Below, in pieces: positions 13,701-26,800 of a DNA stretch of 64,000 nucleotides. This stretch comes from Eledone cirrhosa (taxonomy: Eukaryota), in assembly GCA_964016885.1 (NCBI GenBank), contig OZ024758.1, positions 38,316,001 to 38,380,000 on the forward strand, written 5' to 3'. Made by a program: the position numbers and the translations under genes. Each line of letters opens with the position of its first letter. Within the stretch, counting starts at the first letter, position 1. The notes beneath the pieces were generated by a model. That model was not told where the DNA came from, did no database searches, and was given only the letters and a program-made list of their open reading frames with translations.

Positions 13701-16700
13701 TACTAGCCGTCAGAAGTAACTCCACTGTTGGTGAGAATTCAGTTAAGTTCATGGTATTAGTTGTCAGAAGTAACTCCACTGTTGGTGAGAATTCATTTAA
13801 ATCATGGTATTAGTTGTCAGAAGTAACTCCAATGTTGGTGAGAATTCATTTAAGTTCATGGTACTAGCTGTCAGAAGTAACTCCACTGTTGGTGAGAATT
13901 CATTTAAGTTCATGGTATTAGCTGTCAGAAGTAACTCCACTGTTGGTGGGAATTCATTTAAGTCATGGTATTAGCTGTCAGAAGTAACTCCATTGTTGGT
14001 GAGAATTCATTTAAGTCATGGTACTAGCTGTCAGAAGTAACTCCACTGTTGGTGAGAATTCATTTAAGTTCATGGTATTAGCTGTCAGAAGGAACTCCAC
14101 TGTTGGTAAGAATTCATTTAAGTTCATGGTATTAGCTGTCAGAAGTAACTCCACTGTTGGTGAGAATTCATTTAAGTTCATGGTACTAGCTGTCAGAAGT
14201 AACTCCACTGTTGGTGAGAATTCATTTAAGTTCATGGTACTAGCTGTCAGAAGTAACTCCACTGTTGGTGAGAATTCATTTAAGTTCATGGTACTAGCTG
14301 TCAGAAGTAACCCCAATGTTGGTGAGAATTCATTTAAGTTCATGGTATTAGCTGTCAGAAGTCACTCCAATGTTGGTGAGAATTCATTTAAGTTCATGGT
14401 ATTAGCTGTGAGAAGTCACTCCACTGTTGGTGAGAATTCATTTAAGTTCATGGTATTAGCTGTCAGAAGTACCTCCACTGTTGGTGAGAATTCATTTAAG
14501 TTCATGGTATTAGCTGTCAGAAGTAACTCCACTGTTGGTGAGAATTCATTTAAGTTCATGGTATTAGCTGTCAGAAGTAACTCCACTGTTGGTGAGAATT
14601 CATTTAAGTTCATGGTACTAGCTGTCAGAAGTAACTCCACTGTTGGTGAGAATTCATTTAAGTTCATGGTACTAGCTGTCAGAAGTAACTCCACTGTTGG
14701 TGAGAATTCATTTAAGTTCATGGTACTAGCTGTCAGAAGTAACCCCAATGTTGGTGAGAATTCATTTAAGTTCATGGTATTAGCTGTCAGAAGTCACTCC
14801 AATGTTGGTGAGAATTCATTTAAGTTCATGGTATTAGCTGTGAGAAGTCACTCCACTGTTGGTGAGAATTCATTTAAGTTCATGGTATTAGCTGTCAGAA
14901 GTACCTCCACTGTTGGTGAGAATTCATTTAAGTTCATGGTATTAGCTGTCAGAAGTAACTCCACTGTTGGTGAGAATTCATTTAAGTTCATGGTATTAGC
15001 TGTCAGAAGGAACTCCAATGTTGGTGAGAATTCATTTAAGTCATGGTACTAGCTGTCAGAAGTAACTCCACTGTTGGTGAGAATTCATTTAAGTTCATGG
15101 TATTAGCTGTCAGAAGTAACTCCACTGTTGGTGAGAATTCATTTAAGTTCATGGTACTAGCTGTCAGAAGTAACTCCAATGTTGGTGAGAATTCATTTAA
15201 GTTCATGGTATTAGCTATCAGAAGGAACTCCACTGTTGGTGAGAATTCATTTAAGTTCATGGTATTAGCTGTCAGAAGTAACTCCACTGTTGGTGAGAAT
15301 TCATTTAAGTTCATGGTACTAGTTGTCAGAAGTAACTCCACTGTTGGTGAGAATTCATTTAAGTTCATGTTACTAGCTGTCAGAAGTAACTCCACTGTTG
15401 GTGAGAATTCATTTAAGTTCATGGTATTAGTTTGTCAGAAGTAACTCCACTGTTGGTGAGAATTCATTTAAGTTCATGGTACTAGCTGTCAGAAGTAACT
15501 CCAATGTTGGTGAGAATTCATTTAAGTTCATGGTATTAGCTGTCAGAAGTAACTCCACTGTTGGTGAGAATTCATTTAAGTTCATGGTACTAGCTGTCAG
15601 AAGTAACTCCAATGTTGGTGAGAATTCATTTAAGTTCATGGTATTAGCTGTCAGAAGTAACTCCACTGTTGGTGAGAATTCATTTAAGTCATGGTATTAG
15701 CTGTCAGAAGTAACTCCACTGTTGGTGAGAATTCATTTAAGTCGTGGTATTAGTTGTCAGAAGTTTACTCCAATGTTGGTGAGAATTCATTTAAGTTCAT
15801 GGTACTAGCTGTCAGAAGTAACTCCACTGTTGGTGAGAATTCATTTAAGTTCATGGTATTAGCTGTCAGAAGTAACTCCACTGTTGGTGAGAATTGATTT
15901 AAGTTCATGGTACTAGCTGTCAGAAGTAACTCCACTGTTGGTGAGAATTCATTTAAGTTCATGGTATTAGCTGTCAGAAGTAACTCCACTGTTGGTGAGA
16001 ATTGATTTAAGTTCATGGTACTAGCTGTCAGAAGTAACTCCACTGTTGGTGAGAATTCATTTAAGTTCATGGTACTAGCTGTCAGAAGTAACTCCACTGT
16101 TGGTGAGAATTCAGTTAAGTTCATGGTATTAGTTGTCAGAAGTAACTCCACTGTTGGTGAGAATTCATTTAAATCATGGTATTAGTTGTCAGAAGTAACT
16201 CCAATGTTGGTGAGAATTCATTTAAGTTCATGGTACTAGCTGTCAGAAGTAACTCCACTGTTGGTGAGAATTCATTTAAGTTCATGGTATTAGCTGTCAG
16301 AAGTAACTCCACTGTTGGTGAGAATTGATTTAAGTTCATGGTACTAGCTGTCAGAAGTAACTCCACTGTTGGTGAGAATTCATTTAAGTTCATGGTATTA
16401 GCTGTCAGAAGTAACTCCACTGTTGGTGAGAATTGATTTAAGTTCATGGTACTAGCTGTCAGAAGTAACTCCACTGTTGGTGAGAATTCAGTTAAGTTCA
16501 TGGTACTAGCCGTCAGAAGTAACTCCACTGTTGGTGAGAATTCAGTTAAGTTCATGGTATTAGTTGTCAGAAGTAACTCCACTGTTGGTGAGAATTCATT
16601 TAAGTTCATGGTACTAGCTGTCAGAAGTAACTCCACTGTTGGTGAGAATTCATTTAAGTTCATGGTATTAGCTGTCAGAAGTAACTCCACTGTTGGTGAG

Positions 16701-17800
16701 AATTCATTTAAGTCATGGTATTAGTTGTCAGAAGTAACTCCAATGTTGGTGAGAATTCATTTAAGTTCATGGTATTAGCTGTCAGAAGTAACTCCACTGT
16801 TGGTGAGAATTCATTTAAGTTCATGGTACTAGCTGTCAGAAGTAACTCCACTGTTGGTGAGAATTCATTTAAGTTCATGGTACTAGCCGTCAGAAGTAAC
16901 TCCACTGTTGGTGAGAATTCAGTTAAGTTCATGGTATTAGTTGTCAGAAGTAACTCCACTGTTGGTGAGAATTCATTTAAATCATGGTATTAGTTGTCAG
17001 AAGTAACTCCAATGTTGGTGAGAATTCATTTAAGTTCATGGTACTAGCTGTCAGAAGTAACTCCACTGTTGGTGAGAATTCATTTAAGTTCATGGTATTA
17101 GCTGTCAGAAGTAACTCCACTGTTGGTGAGAATTCATTTAAGTCATGGTATTAGCTGTCAGAAGTAACTCCATTGTTGGTGAGAATTCATTTAAGTCATG
17201 GTACTAGCTGTCAGAAGTAACTCCACTGTTGGTGAGAATTCATTTAAGTTCATGGTATTAGCTGTCAGAAGGAACTCCACTGTTGGTAAGAATTCATTTA
17301 AGTTCATGGTATTAGCTGTCAGAAGTAACTCCACTGTTGGTGAGAATTCATTTAAGTTCATGGTACTAGCTGTCAGAAGTAACTCCACTGTTGGTGAGAA
17401 TTCATTTAAGTTCATGGTACTAGCTGTCAGAAGTAACTCCACTGTTGGTGAGAATTCATTTAAGTTCATGGTACTAGCTGTCAGAAGTAACCCCAATGTT
17501 GGTGAGAATTCATTTAAGTTCATGGTATTAGCTGTCAGAAGTCACTCCAATGTTGGTGAGAATTCATTTAAGTTCATGGTATTAGCTGTGAGAAGTCACT
17601 CCACTGTTGGTGAGAATTCATTTAAGTTCATGGTATTAGCTGTCAGAAGTACCTCCACTGTTGGTGAGAATTCATTTAAGTTCATGGTATTAGCTGTCAG
17701 AAGTAACTCCACTGTTGGTGAGAATTCATTTAAGTTCATGGTATTAGCTGTCAGAAGGAACTCCAATGTTGGTGAGAATTCATTTAAGTCATGGTACTAG
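10780..17800 (+). repeat. Higher-order repeat, 3180-bp period (~59 monomers), about 2.2 imperfect copies; boundaries approximate
   Basis: The rare AACCCCAAT variant lies at 11131, 14311 and 17491, a spacing of exactly 3180. ORF-track patterns recur at +3180 (11236/14416, 11856/15036, 12247/15427, 14011/17191). Confidence 0.88.
10930..11800 (+). repeat. 432-bp (8-monomer) tandem duplication, repeated again at ~14110-14980
   Basis: The marker series AACCCCAAT, GTCACTCCAAT, GTGAGAAGTCAC, GTACCTCC starts at 11131 and 11563 (+432), and at 14311 and 14743 (+432). It is single-copy at 17491, ~45377 and ~61145. Confidence 0.88.
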
Positions 17801-20800
17801 CTGTCAGAAGTAACTCCACTGTTGGTGAGAATTCATTTAAGTTCATGGTATTAGCTGTCAGAAGGAACGCCACTGTTGGTGAGAATTCATTTAAGTTCAT
17901 GGTATTAGCTGTCAGAAGTAACTCCACTGTTGGTGAGAATTCATTTAAGTTCATGGTACTAGCTGTCAGAAGTAACTCCAATGTTGGTGAGAATTCATTT
18001 AAGTTCATGGTATTAGCTGTCAGAAGGAACTCCACTGTTGGTGAGAATTCATTTAAGTTCATGGTATTAGCTGTCAGAAGTAACTCCACTGTTGGTGAGA
18101 ATTCATTTAAGTTCATGGTACTAGTTGTCAGAAGTAACTCCACTGTTGGTGAGAATTCATTTAAGTTCATGGTATTAGTTGTCAGAAGTAACTCCACTGT
18201 TGGTGAGAATTCATTTAAGTCATGGTATTAGTTGTCAGAAGTAACTCCAATGTTGGTGAGAATTCATTTAAGTTCATGGTACTAGCTGTCAGAAGTAACT
18301 CCACTGTTGGTGAGAATTCATTTAAGTTCATTGTATTAGCTGTCAGAAGTAACTCCACTGTTGGTGAGAATTCATTTAAGTCATGGTATTAGCTGTCAGA
18401 AGTAACTCCATTGTTGGTGAGAATTCATTTAAGTCATGGTACTAGCTGTCAGAAGTAACTCCACTGTTGGTGAGAATTCATTTAAGTTCATGGTATTAGC
18501 TGTCAGAAGGAACTCCACTGTTGGTGAGAATTCATTTAAGTTCATGGTACTAGCTGTCAGAAGTAACTCCACTGTTGGTGAGAATTCATTTAAGTTCATG
18601 GTATTAGTTTGTCAGAAGTAACTCCACTGTTGGTGAGAATTCATTTAAGTCATGGTATTAGTTGTCAGAAGTAACTCCAATGTTGGTGAGAATTCATTTA
18701 AGTCATGGTACTAGCTGTCAGAAGTAACTCCAATGTTGGTGAGAATTCATTTAAGTTCATGGTATTAGCTGTCAGAAGGAACTCCACTGTTGGTGAGAAT
18801 TCATTTAAGTTCATGGTATTAGCTGTCAGAAGTAACTCCACTGTTGGTGAGAATTCATTTAAGTTCATGGTATTAGCTGTCAGAAGTAACTCCACTGTTG
18901 GTGAGAATTCATTTAAGTTCATGGTACTAGCTGTCAGAAGTAACTCCACTGTTGGTGAGAATTCATTTAAGTTCATGGTTCTAGCTGTCAGAATTAACTC
19001 CACTGTTGGTGAGAATTCATTTAAGTTCATGGTACTAGCTGTCAGAAGTAACTCCAATGTTGGTAAGAATTCATTTAAGTTCATGATATTAGCTGTCAGA
19101 AGTAACTCCACTGTTGGTGAGAATTCATTTAAGTTCATGGTACTAGCTGTCAGAAGTAACTCCACTGTTGGTGAGAATTCATTTAAGTTTATGGTACTAG
19201 CTGTCAGAAGTAACCCCAATGTTGGTGAGAATTCATTTAAGTTCATGGTATTAGCTGTCAGAAGTCACTCCAATGTTGGTGAGAATTCATTTAAGTTCAT
19301 GGTATTAGCTGTCAGAAGTCACTCCACTGTTGGTGAGAATTCATTTAAGTTCATGGTACTAGCTGTCAGAAGTAACCCCAATGTTGCTGAGAATTCATTT
19401 AAGTTCATGGTATTAGCTGTCAGAAGTCACTCCAATGTTGGTGAGAATTCATTTAAGTTCATGGTATTAGCTGTCAGAAGTAACTCCACTGTTGGTGAGA
19501 ATTCATTTAAGTTCATGGTATTAGCTGTCAGAAGTAACTCCACTGTTGGTGAGAATTCATTTATGTTCATGGTATTAGCTGTCAGAAGTAACTCCACTGT
19601 TGGTGAGAATTCATTTAAGTTCATGGTATTACCTGTCAGAAGGAACTCCAATGTTGGTGAGAATTCATTTAAGTCATGGTACTAGATGTCAGAAGTAACT
19701 CCACTGTTGGTGAGAATTCATTTAAGTTCATGGTATTAGCTGTCAGAAGGAACGCCACTGTTGGTGAGAATTCATTTAAGTTCATGGTATTAGCTGTCAG
19801 AAGTAACTCCACTGTTGGTGAGAATTCATTTAAGTTCATGGTACTAGCTGTCAGAAGTAACTCCAATGTTGGTGAGAATTCATTTAAGTTCATGGTATTA
19901 GCTGTCAGAAGGAACTCCACTGTTGGTGAGAATTCATTTAAGTCTTGGTATTAGTTGTCAGAAGTAACTCCAATGTTGGTGAGAATTCATTTAAGTTCAT
20001 GGTACTAGCTGTCAGAAGTAACTCCACTGTTGGTGAGATTTCATTTAAGTTCATGGTACTAGCTGTCAAAAGTAACTCCAATGTTGGTGAGAATTCATTT
20101 AAGTTCATGGTATTAGCTGTCAGAAGTAACTCCACTGTTGGTGAGAATTCATTTAAGTTCATGGTACTAGCTGTCAGAAGTAACTCCACTGTTGGTGAGA
20201 ATTCAGTTAAGTTCATGGTATTAGTTGTCAGAAGTAACTCCACTGTTGGTGAGAATTCATTTAAATCATGGTATTAGTTGTCAGAAGTAACTCCAATGTT
20301 GGTGAGAATTCATTTAATTTCATGGTACTAGCTGTCAGAAGTAACTCCACTGTTGGTGAGAAATCATTTAAGTCATGGTATTAGTTGTCAGAAGTAACTC
20401 CAATGTTGGTGAGAATTCATTTAAGTTCATGGTACTAGCTGTCAGAAGTAACTCCACTGTTGGTGAGAATTCATTTAAGTTCATGGTATTAGCTGTCAGA
20501 AGTAACTCCACTGTTGGTGAGAATTCATTTAAGTCATGGTATTAGTTGTCAGAAGTAACTCCAATGTTGGTGAGAATTCATTTAAGTTCATGGTACTAGC
20601 TGTCAGAAGTAACTCCACTGTTGGTGAGAATTCATTTAAGTTCATGGTATTAGCTGTCAGAAGTAACTCCACTGTTGGTGAGAATTCATTTAAGTCATGG
20701 TATTAGCTGTCAGAAGTAACTCCAATGTTGGTGAGAATTCATTTAAGTCTTGGTACTAGCTGTCAGAAGTAACTCCAATGTTGGTGAGAATTCAGTTAAG

Positions 20801-23800
20801 TTCATGGTATTAGCTGTCAGAAGGAACTCCACTGTTGGTGAGAATTCATTTAAGTTCATGGTATTAGCTGTCAGAAGTAACTTCACTGTTGGTGAGAATT
20901 CATTTAAGTTCATGGTACTAGCTGTCAGAAGTAACTCCACTGTTGGTGAGAATTCATTTAAGTTCATGGTACTAGCCGTCAGAAGTAACTCCACTGTTGG
21001 TGAGAATTCAGTTAAGTCCATGGTATTAGTTGTCAGAAGTAACTCCACTGTTGGTGAGAATTCATTTAAATCATGGTATTAGTTGTCAGAAGTAACTCCA
21101 ATGTTGGTGAGAATTCATTTAAGTTCATGGTATTAGCTGTGAGAAGTCACTCCACTGTTGGTGAGAATTCATTTAAGTTCATGGTATTAGCTGTCAGAAG
21201 TACCTCCACTGTTGGTGAGAATTCATTTAAGTTCATGGTATTAGCTGTCAGAAGTAACTCCACTGTTGGTGAGAATTCATTTAAGTTCATGGTATTAGCT
21301 GTCAGAAGGAACTCCAATGTTGGTGAGAATTCACTTAAGTCATGGTACTAGCTGTCAGAAGTAACTCCACTGTTGGTGAGAATTCATTTAAGTTTATGGT
21401 ATTAGCTGTCAGAAGGAACGCCACTGTTGGTGAGAATTCATTTAAGTTCATGGTATTAGCTGTCAGAAGTAACTCCACTGTTGGTGAGAATTCATTTAAG
21501 TTCATGGTACTAGCTGTCAGAAGTAACTCCAATGTTGGTAAGAATTCATTTAAGTTCATGGTATTAGCTGTCAGAAGGAACTCCACTGTTGGTGAGAATT
21601 CATTTAAGTCATGGTACTAGCTGTCAGAAGTAACTCCACTGTTGGTGAGAATTCATTTAAGTTCATGGTATTAGCTGTCAGAAGGAACGCCACTGTTGGT
21701 GAGAATTCATTTAAGTTCATGGTATTAGCTGTCAGAAGTAACTCCACTGTTGGTGAGAATTCATTTAAGTTCATGGTACTAGCTGTCAGAAGTAACTCCA
21801 ATGTTGGTGAGAATTCATTTAAGTTCATGGTATTAGCTGTCAGAAGGATCTCCACTGTTGGTGAGAATTCATTTAAGTTCATGGTACTAGCTGTCAGAAG
21901 TAACTCTACTGTTGGTGAGAATTCATTTAAGTTCATGGTATTAGTTTGTCAGAAGTAACTCCACTGTTGGTGAGAATTCATTTAAGTCATGGTATTAGTT
22001 GTCAGAAGTAACTCCAATGTTGGTGAGAATTCATTTAAGTCATGGTACTAGCTGTCAGAAGTAACTCCAATGTTGGTGAGAATTCATTTAAGTTCATCGT
22101 ATTAGCTGTCAGAAGGAACTCCACTGTTGGTGAGAATTCATTTAAGTTCATGGTACTAGCTGTCAGAAGTCACTCCACTGTTGGTGGGAATTCATTTAAG
22201 TTCATGGTATTAGTTTGTCAGAAGTAACTCCACTGTTGGTGAGAATTCATTTAAGTCATGGTATTAGTTGTCAGAAGTAACTCCAATGTTGGTGAGAATT
22301 CATTTAAGTTCATGGTACTAGCTGTCAGAAGTAACTCCACTGTTGGTGAGAATTCATTTAAGTTCATGGTATTAGCTGTCAGAAGTAACTCCACTGTTGG
22401 TGAGAATTCATTTAAGTCATGGTATTAGCTGTCAGAAGTAACTCCAATGTTGGTGAGAATTCATTTAAGTCATGGTACTAGCTGTCAGAAGTAACTCCAA
22501 TGTTGGTGAGAATTCATTTAAGTTCATGGTATTAGCTGTCAGAAGTCACTCCAATGTTGGTGAGAATTCATTTAAGTTCATGGTATTAGCTGTCAGAAGT
22601 AACTCCACTGTTGGTGAGAATTCATTTAAGTTCATGGTATTAGCTGTCAGAAGTAACTCCACTGTTGGTGAGAATTCATTTAAGTTCATTGTATTAGCTG
22701 TCAGAAGAAACTCCACTGTTGGTGAGAATTCATTTAAGTTCATGGTATTAGCTGTTAGATGGAACTACAATGTTGGTGAGAATTCATTTAAGTCATGGTA
22801 CTAGCTGTCAGAAGTAACTCCACTGTTGGTGAGAATTCATTTAAGTTCATGGTATTGGCTGTCAGAAGGAACGCCACTGTTGGTGAGAATTCATTTAAGT
22901 TCATGGTATTAGCTGTCAGAAGTAACTCCACTGTTGGTGAGAATTCATTTAAGTTCATGGTACTAGCTGTCAGAAGTAACTCCAATGTTGGTGAGAATTC
23001 ATTTAAGTTCATGGTATTAGCTGTCAGAAGGAACTCCACTGTTGCTGAGAATTCATTTAAGTTCATGGTATTAGCTGTCAGAAGTAACTCCACTGTTGGT
23101 GAGAATTCATTTAAGTTCATGGTATTAGCTGTCAGAAGTAACTCCACTGTTGGTGAGAAATCATTTAAGTCATGGTATTAGCTGTCAGAAGTAACTCCAT
23201 TGTTGGTGAGAATTCATTTAAGTCATGGTACTAGCTGTCAGAAGTAACTCCAATGTTGGTGAGAATTCATTTAAGTCATGGTACTAGCTGTCAGAAGTAA
23301 CTCCACTGTTGGTGAGAATTCATTTAAGTTCATGGTATTAGCTGTCAGAAGGAACTCCACTGTTGGTGAGAATTCATTTAAGTTCATGGTATTAGCTGTC
23401 AGAAGTAACTCCACTGTTGGTGAGAATTCATTTAAGTTCATGGTATTAGCTGTCAGAAGTAACTCCACTGTTGGTGAGAATTCATTTAAGTTCATGGTAC
23501 TAGCTGTCAGAAGTAACTCCAATGTTGGTGAGAATTCATTTAAGTTCATGGTATTAGCTGTCAGAAGTAACTCCACTGTTGGTGAGAATTCATTTAAGTC
23601 ATGGTATTTATTAGCTGTCAGAAGTAACACCAATGTTGGTGAGAATTCATTTAAGTCATGGTACTAGCTGTCACAAGTAACTCCACTGTTGGTGAGAATT
23701 CATTTAAGTTCATGGTACTAGCTGTCAGACGTAACTCCATTGTTGGTGAGAATTCATTTAAGTTCATGGTATTAGTTTGTCAGAAGTAACTCCACTGTTG

Positions 23801-26800
23801 GTGAGAATTCATTTAAGTCATGGTATTAGTTGTCAGAAGTAACTCCAATGTTGGTGAGAATTCATTTAAGTTCATGGTACTAGCTGTCAGAAGTAACTCC
23901 ACTGTTGGTGAGAATTCATTTAAGTCATGGTATTAGCTGTCAGAAGTAACTCCAATGTTGGTGAGAATTCATTTAAGTTCATGGTATTAGCTGTCAGAAG
24001 TAACTCCACTGTTGGTGAGAATTCATTTAAGTTCATTGTATTAGCTGTCAGAAGAAACTCCACTGTTGGTGAGAATTCATTTAAGTTCATGGTATTAGCT
24101 GTTAGATGGAACTCCAATGTTGGTGAGAATTCATTTAAGTCATGGTACTAGCTGTCAGAAGTAACTCCACTGTTGGTGAGAATTCATTTAAGTTCATGGT
24201 ATTGGCTGTCAGAAGGAACGCCACTGTTGGTGAGAATTCATTTAAGTTCATGGTATTAGCTGTCAGAAGTAACTCCACTGTTGGTGAGAATTCATTTAAG
24301 TTCATGGTACTAGCTGTCAGAAGTAACTCCACTGTTGGTGAGAATTCATTTAAGTTCATGGTATTAGCTGTCAGAAGGAACGCCACTGTTGGTGAGAATT
24401 CATTTAAGTTCATGGTATTAGCTGTCAGAAGTAACTCCACTGTTGGTGAGAATTCATTTAAGTTCATGGTACTAGCTGTCAGAAGTAACTCCAATGTTGG
24501 TGAGAATTCATTTAAGTTCATGGTATTAGCTGTCAGAAGGAACTCCACTGTTGGTGAGAATTCATTTAAGTTCATGGTATTAGCTGTCAGAAGTAACTCC
24601 ACTGTTGGTGAGAATTCATTTAAGTTCATGGTACTAGTTGTCAGAAGTAACTCCACTGTTGGTGAGAATTCATTTAAGTTCATGGTATTAGTTGTCAGAA
24701 GTAACTCCACTGTTGGTGAGAATTCATTTAAGTCATGGTATTAGTTGTCAGAAGTAACTCCAATGTTGGTGAGAATTCATTTAAGTTCATGGTACTAGCT
24801 GTCAGAAGTAACTCCACTGTTGGTGAGAATTCATTTAAGTTCATTGTATTAGCTGTCAGAAGTAACTCCACTGTTGGTGAGAATTCATTTAAGTCATGGT
24901 ATTAGCTGTCAGAAGTAACTCCATTGTTGGTGAGAATTCATTTAAGTCATGGTACTAGCTGTCAGAAGTAACTCCACTGTTGGTGAGAATTCATTTAAGT
25001 TCATGGTATTAGCTGTCAGAAGGAACTCCACTGTTGGTGAGAATTCATTTAAGTTCATGGTACTAGCTGTCAGAAGTAACTCCACTGTTGGTGAGAATTC
25101 ATTTAAGTTCATGGTATTAGTTTGTCAGAAGTAACTCCACTGTTGGTGAGAATTCATTTAAGTCATGGTATTAGTTGTCAGAAGTAACTCCAATGTTGGT
25201 GAGAATTCATTTAAGTCATGGTACTAGCTGTCAGAAGTAACTCCAATGTTGGTGAGAATTCATTTAAGTTCATGGTATTAGCTGTCAGAAGGAACTCCAC
25301 TGTTGGTGAGAATTCATTTAAGTTCATGGTATTAGCTGTCAGAAGTAACTCCACTGTTGGTGAGAATTCATTTAAGTTCATGGTATTAGCTGTCAGAAGT
25401 AACTCCACTGTTGGTGAGAATTCATTTAAGTTCATGGTACTAGCTGTCAGAAGTAACTCCACTGTTGGTGAGAATTCATTTAAGTTCATGGTTCTAGCTG
25501 TCAGAATTAACTCCACTGTTGGTGAGAATTCATTTAAGTTCATGGTACTAGCTGTCAGAAGTAACTCCAATGTTGGTAAGAATTCATTTAAGTTCATGAT
25601 ATTAGCTGTCAGAAGTAACTCCACTGTTGGTGAGAATTCATTTAAGTTCATGGTACTAGCTGTCAGAAGTAACTCCACTGTTGGTGAGAATTCAATTAAG
25701 TTTATGGTACTAGCTGTCAGAAGTAACCCCAATGTTGGTGAGAATTCATTTAAGTTCATGGTATTAGCTGTCAGAAGTCACTCCAATGTTGGTGAGAATT
25801 CATTTAAGTTCATGGTATTAGCTGTCAGAAGTCACTCCACTGTTGGTGAGAATTCATTTAAGTTCATGGTACTAGCTGTCAGAAGTAACCCCAATGTTGC
25901 TGAGAATTCATTTAAGTTCATGGTATTAGCTGTCAGAAGTCACTCCAATGTTGGTGAGAATTCATTTAAGTTCATGGTATTAGCTGTCAGAAGTAACTCC
26001 ACTGTTGGTGAGAATTCATTTAAGTTCATGGTATTAGCTGTCAGAAGTAACTCCACTGTTGGTGAGAATTCATTTATGTTCATGGTATTAGCTGTCAGAA
26101 GGAACTCCACTGTTGGTGAGAATTCATTTAAATCATGGTATTAGTTGTCAGAAGTAACTCCACTGTTGGTGAGAATTCAATTAAGTTTATGGTACTAGCT
26201 GTCAGAAGTAACCCCAATGTTGCTGAGAATTCATTTAAGTTCATGGTATTACCTGTCAGAAGGAACTCCAATGTTGGTGAGAATTCATTTAAGTCATGGT
26301 ACTAGCTGTCAGAAGTAACTCCACTGTTGGTGAGAATTCATTTAAGTTCATGGTATTAGCTGTCAGAAGGAACGCCACTGTTGGTGAGAATTCATTTAAG
26401 TTCATGGTATTAGCTGTCAGAAGTAACTCCACTGTTGGTGAGAATTCATTTAAGTTCATGGTCCTAGCTGTCAGAAGTAACTCCAATGTTGGTGAGAATT
26501 CATTTAAGTTCATGGTATTAGCTGTCAGAAGGAACTCCACTGTTGGTGAGAATTCATTTAAATCATGGTATTAGTTGTCAGAAGTAACTCCAATGTTGGT
26601 GAGAATTCATTTAATTTCATGGTACTAGCTGTCAGAAGTAACTCCACTGTTGGTGAGAAATCATTTAAGTCATGGTATTAGTTGTCAGAAGTAACTCCAA
26701 TGTTGGTGAGAATTCATTTAAGTTCATGGTACTAGCTGTCAGAAGTAACTCCACTGTTGGTGAGAATTCATTTAAGTTCATGGTATTAGCTGTCAGAAGT

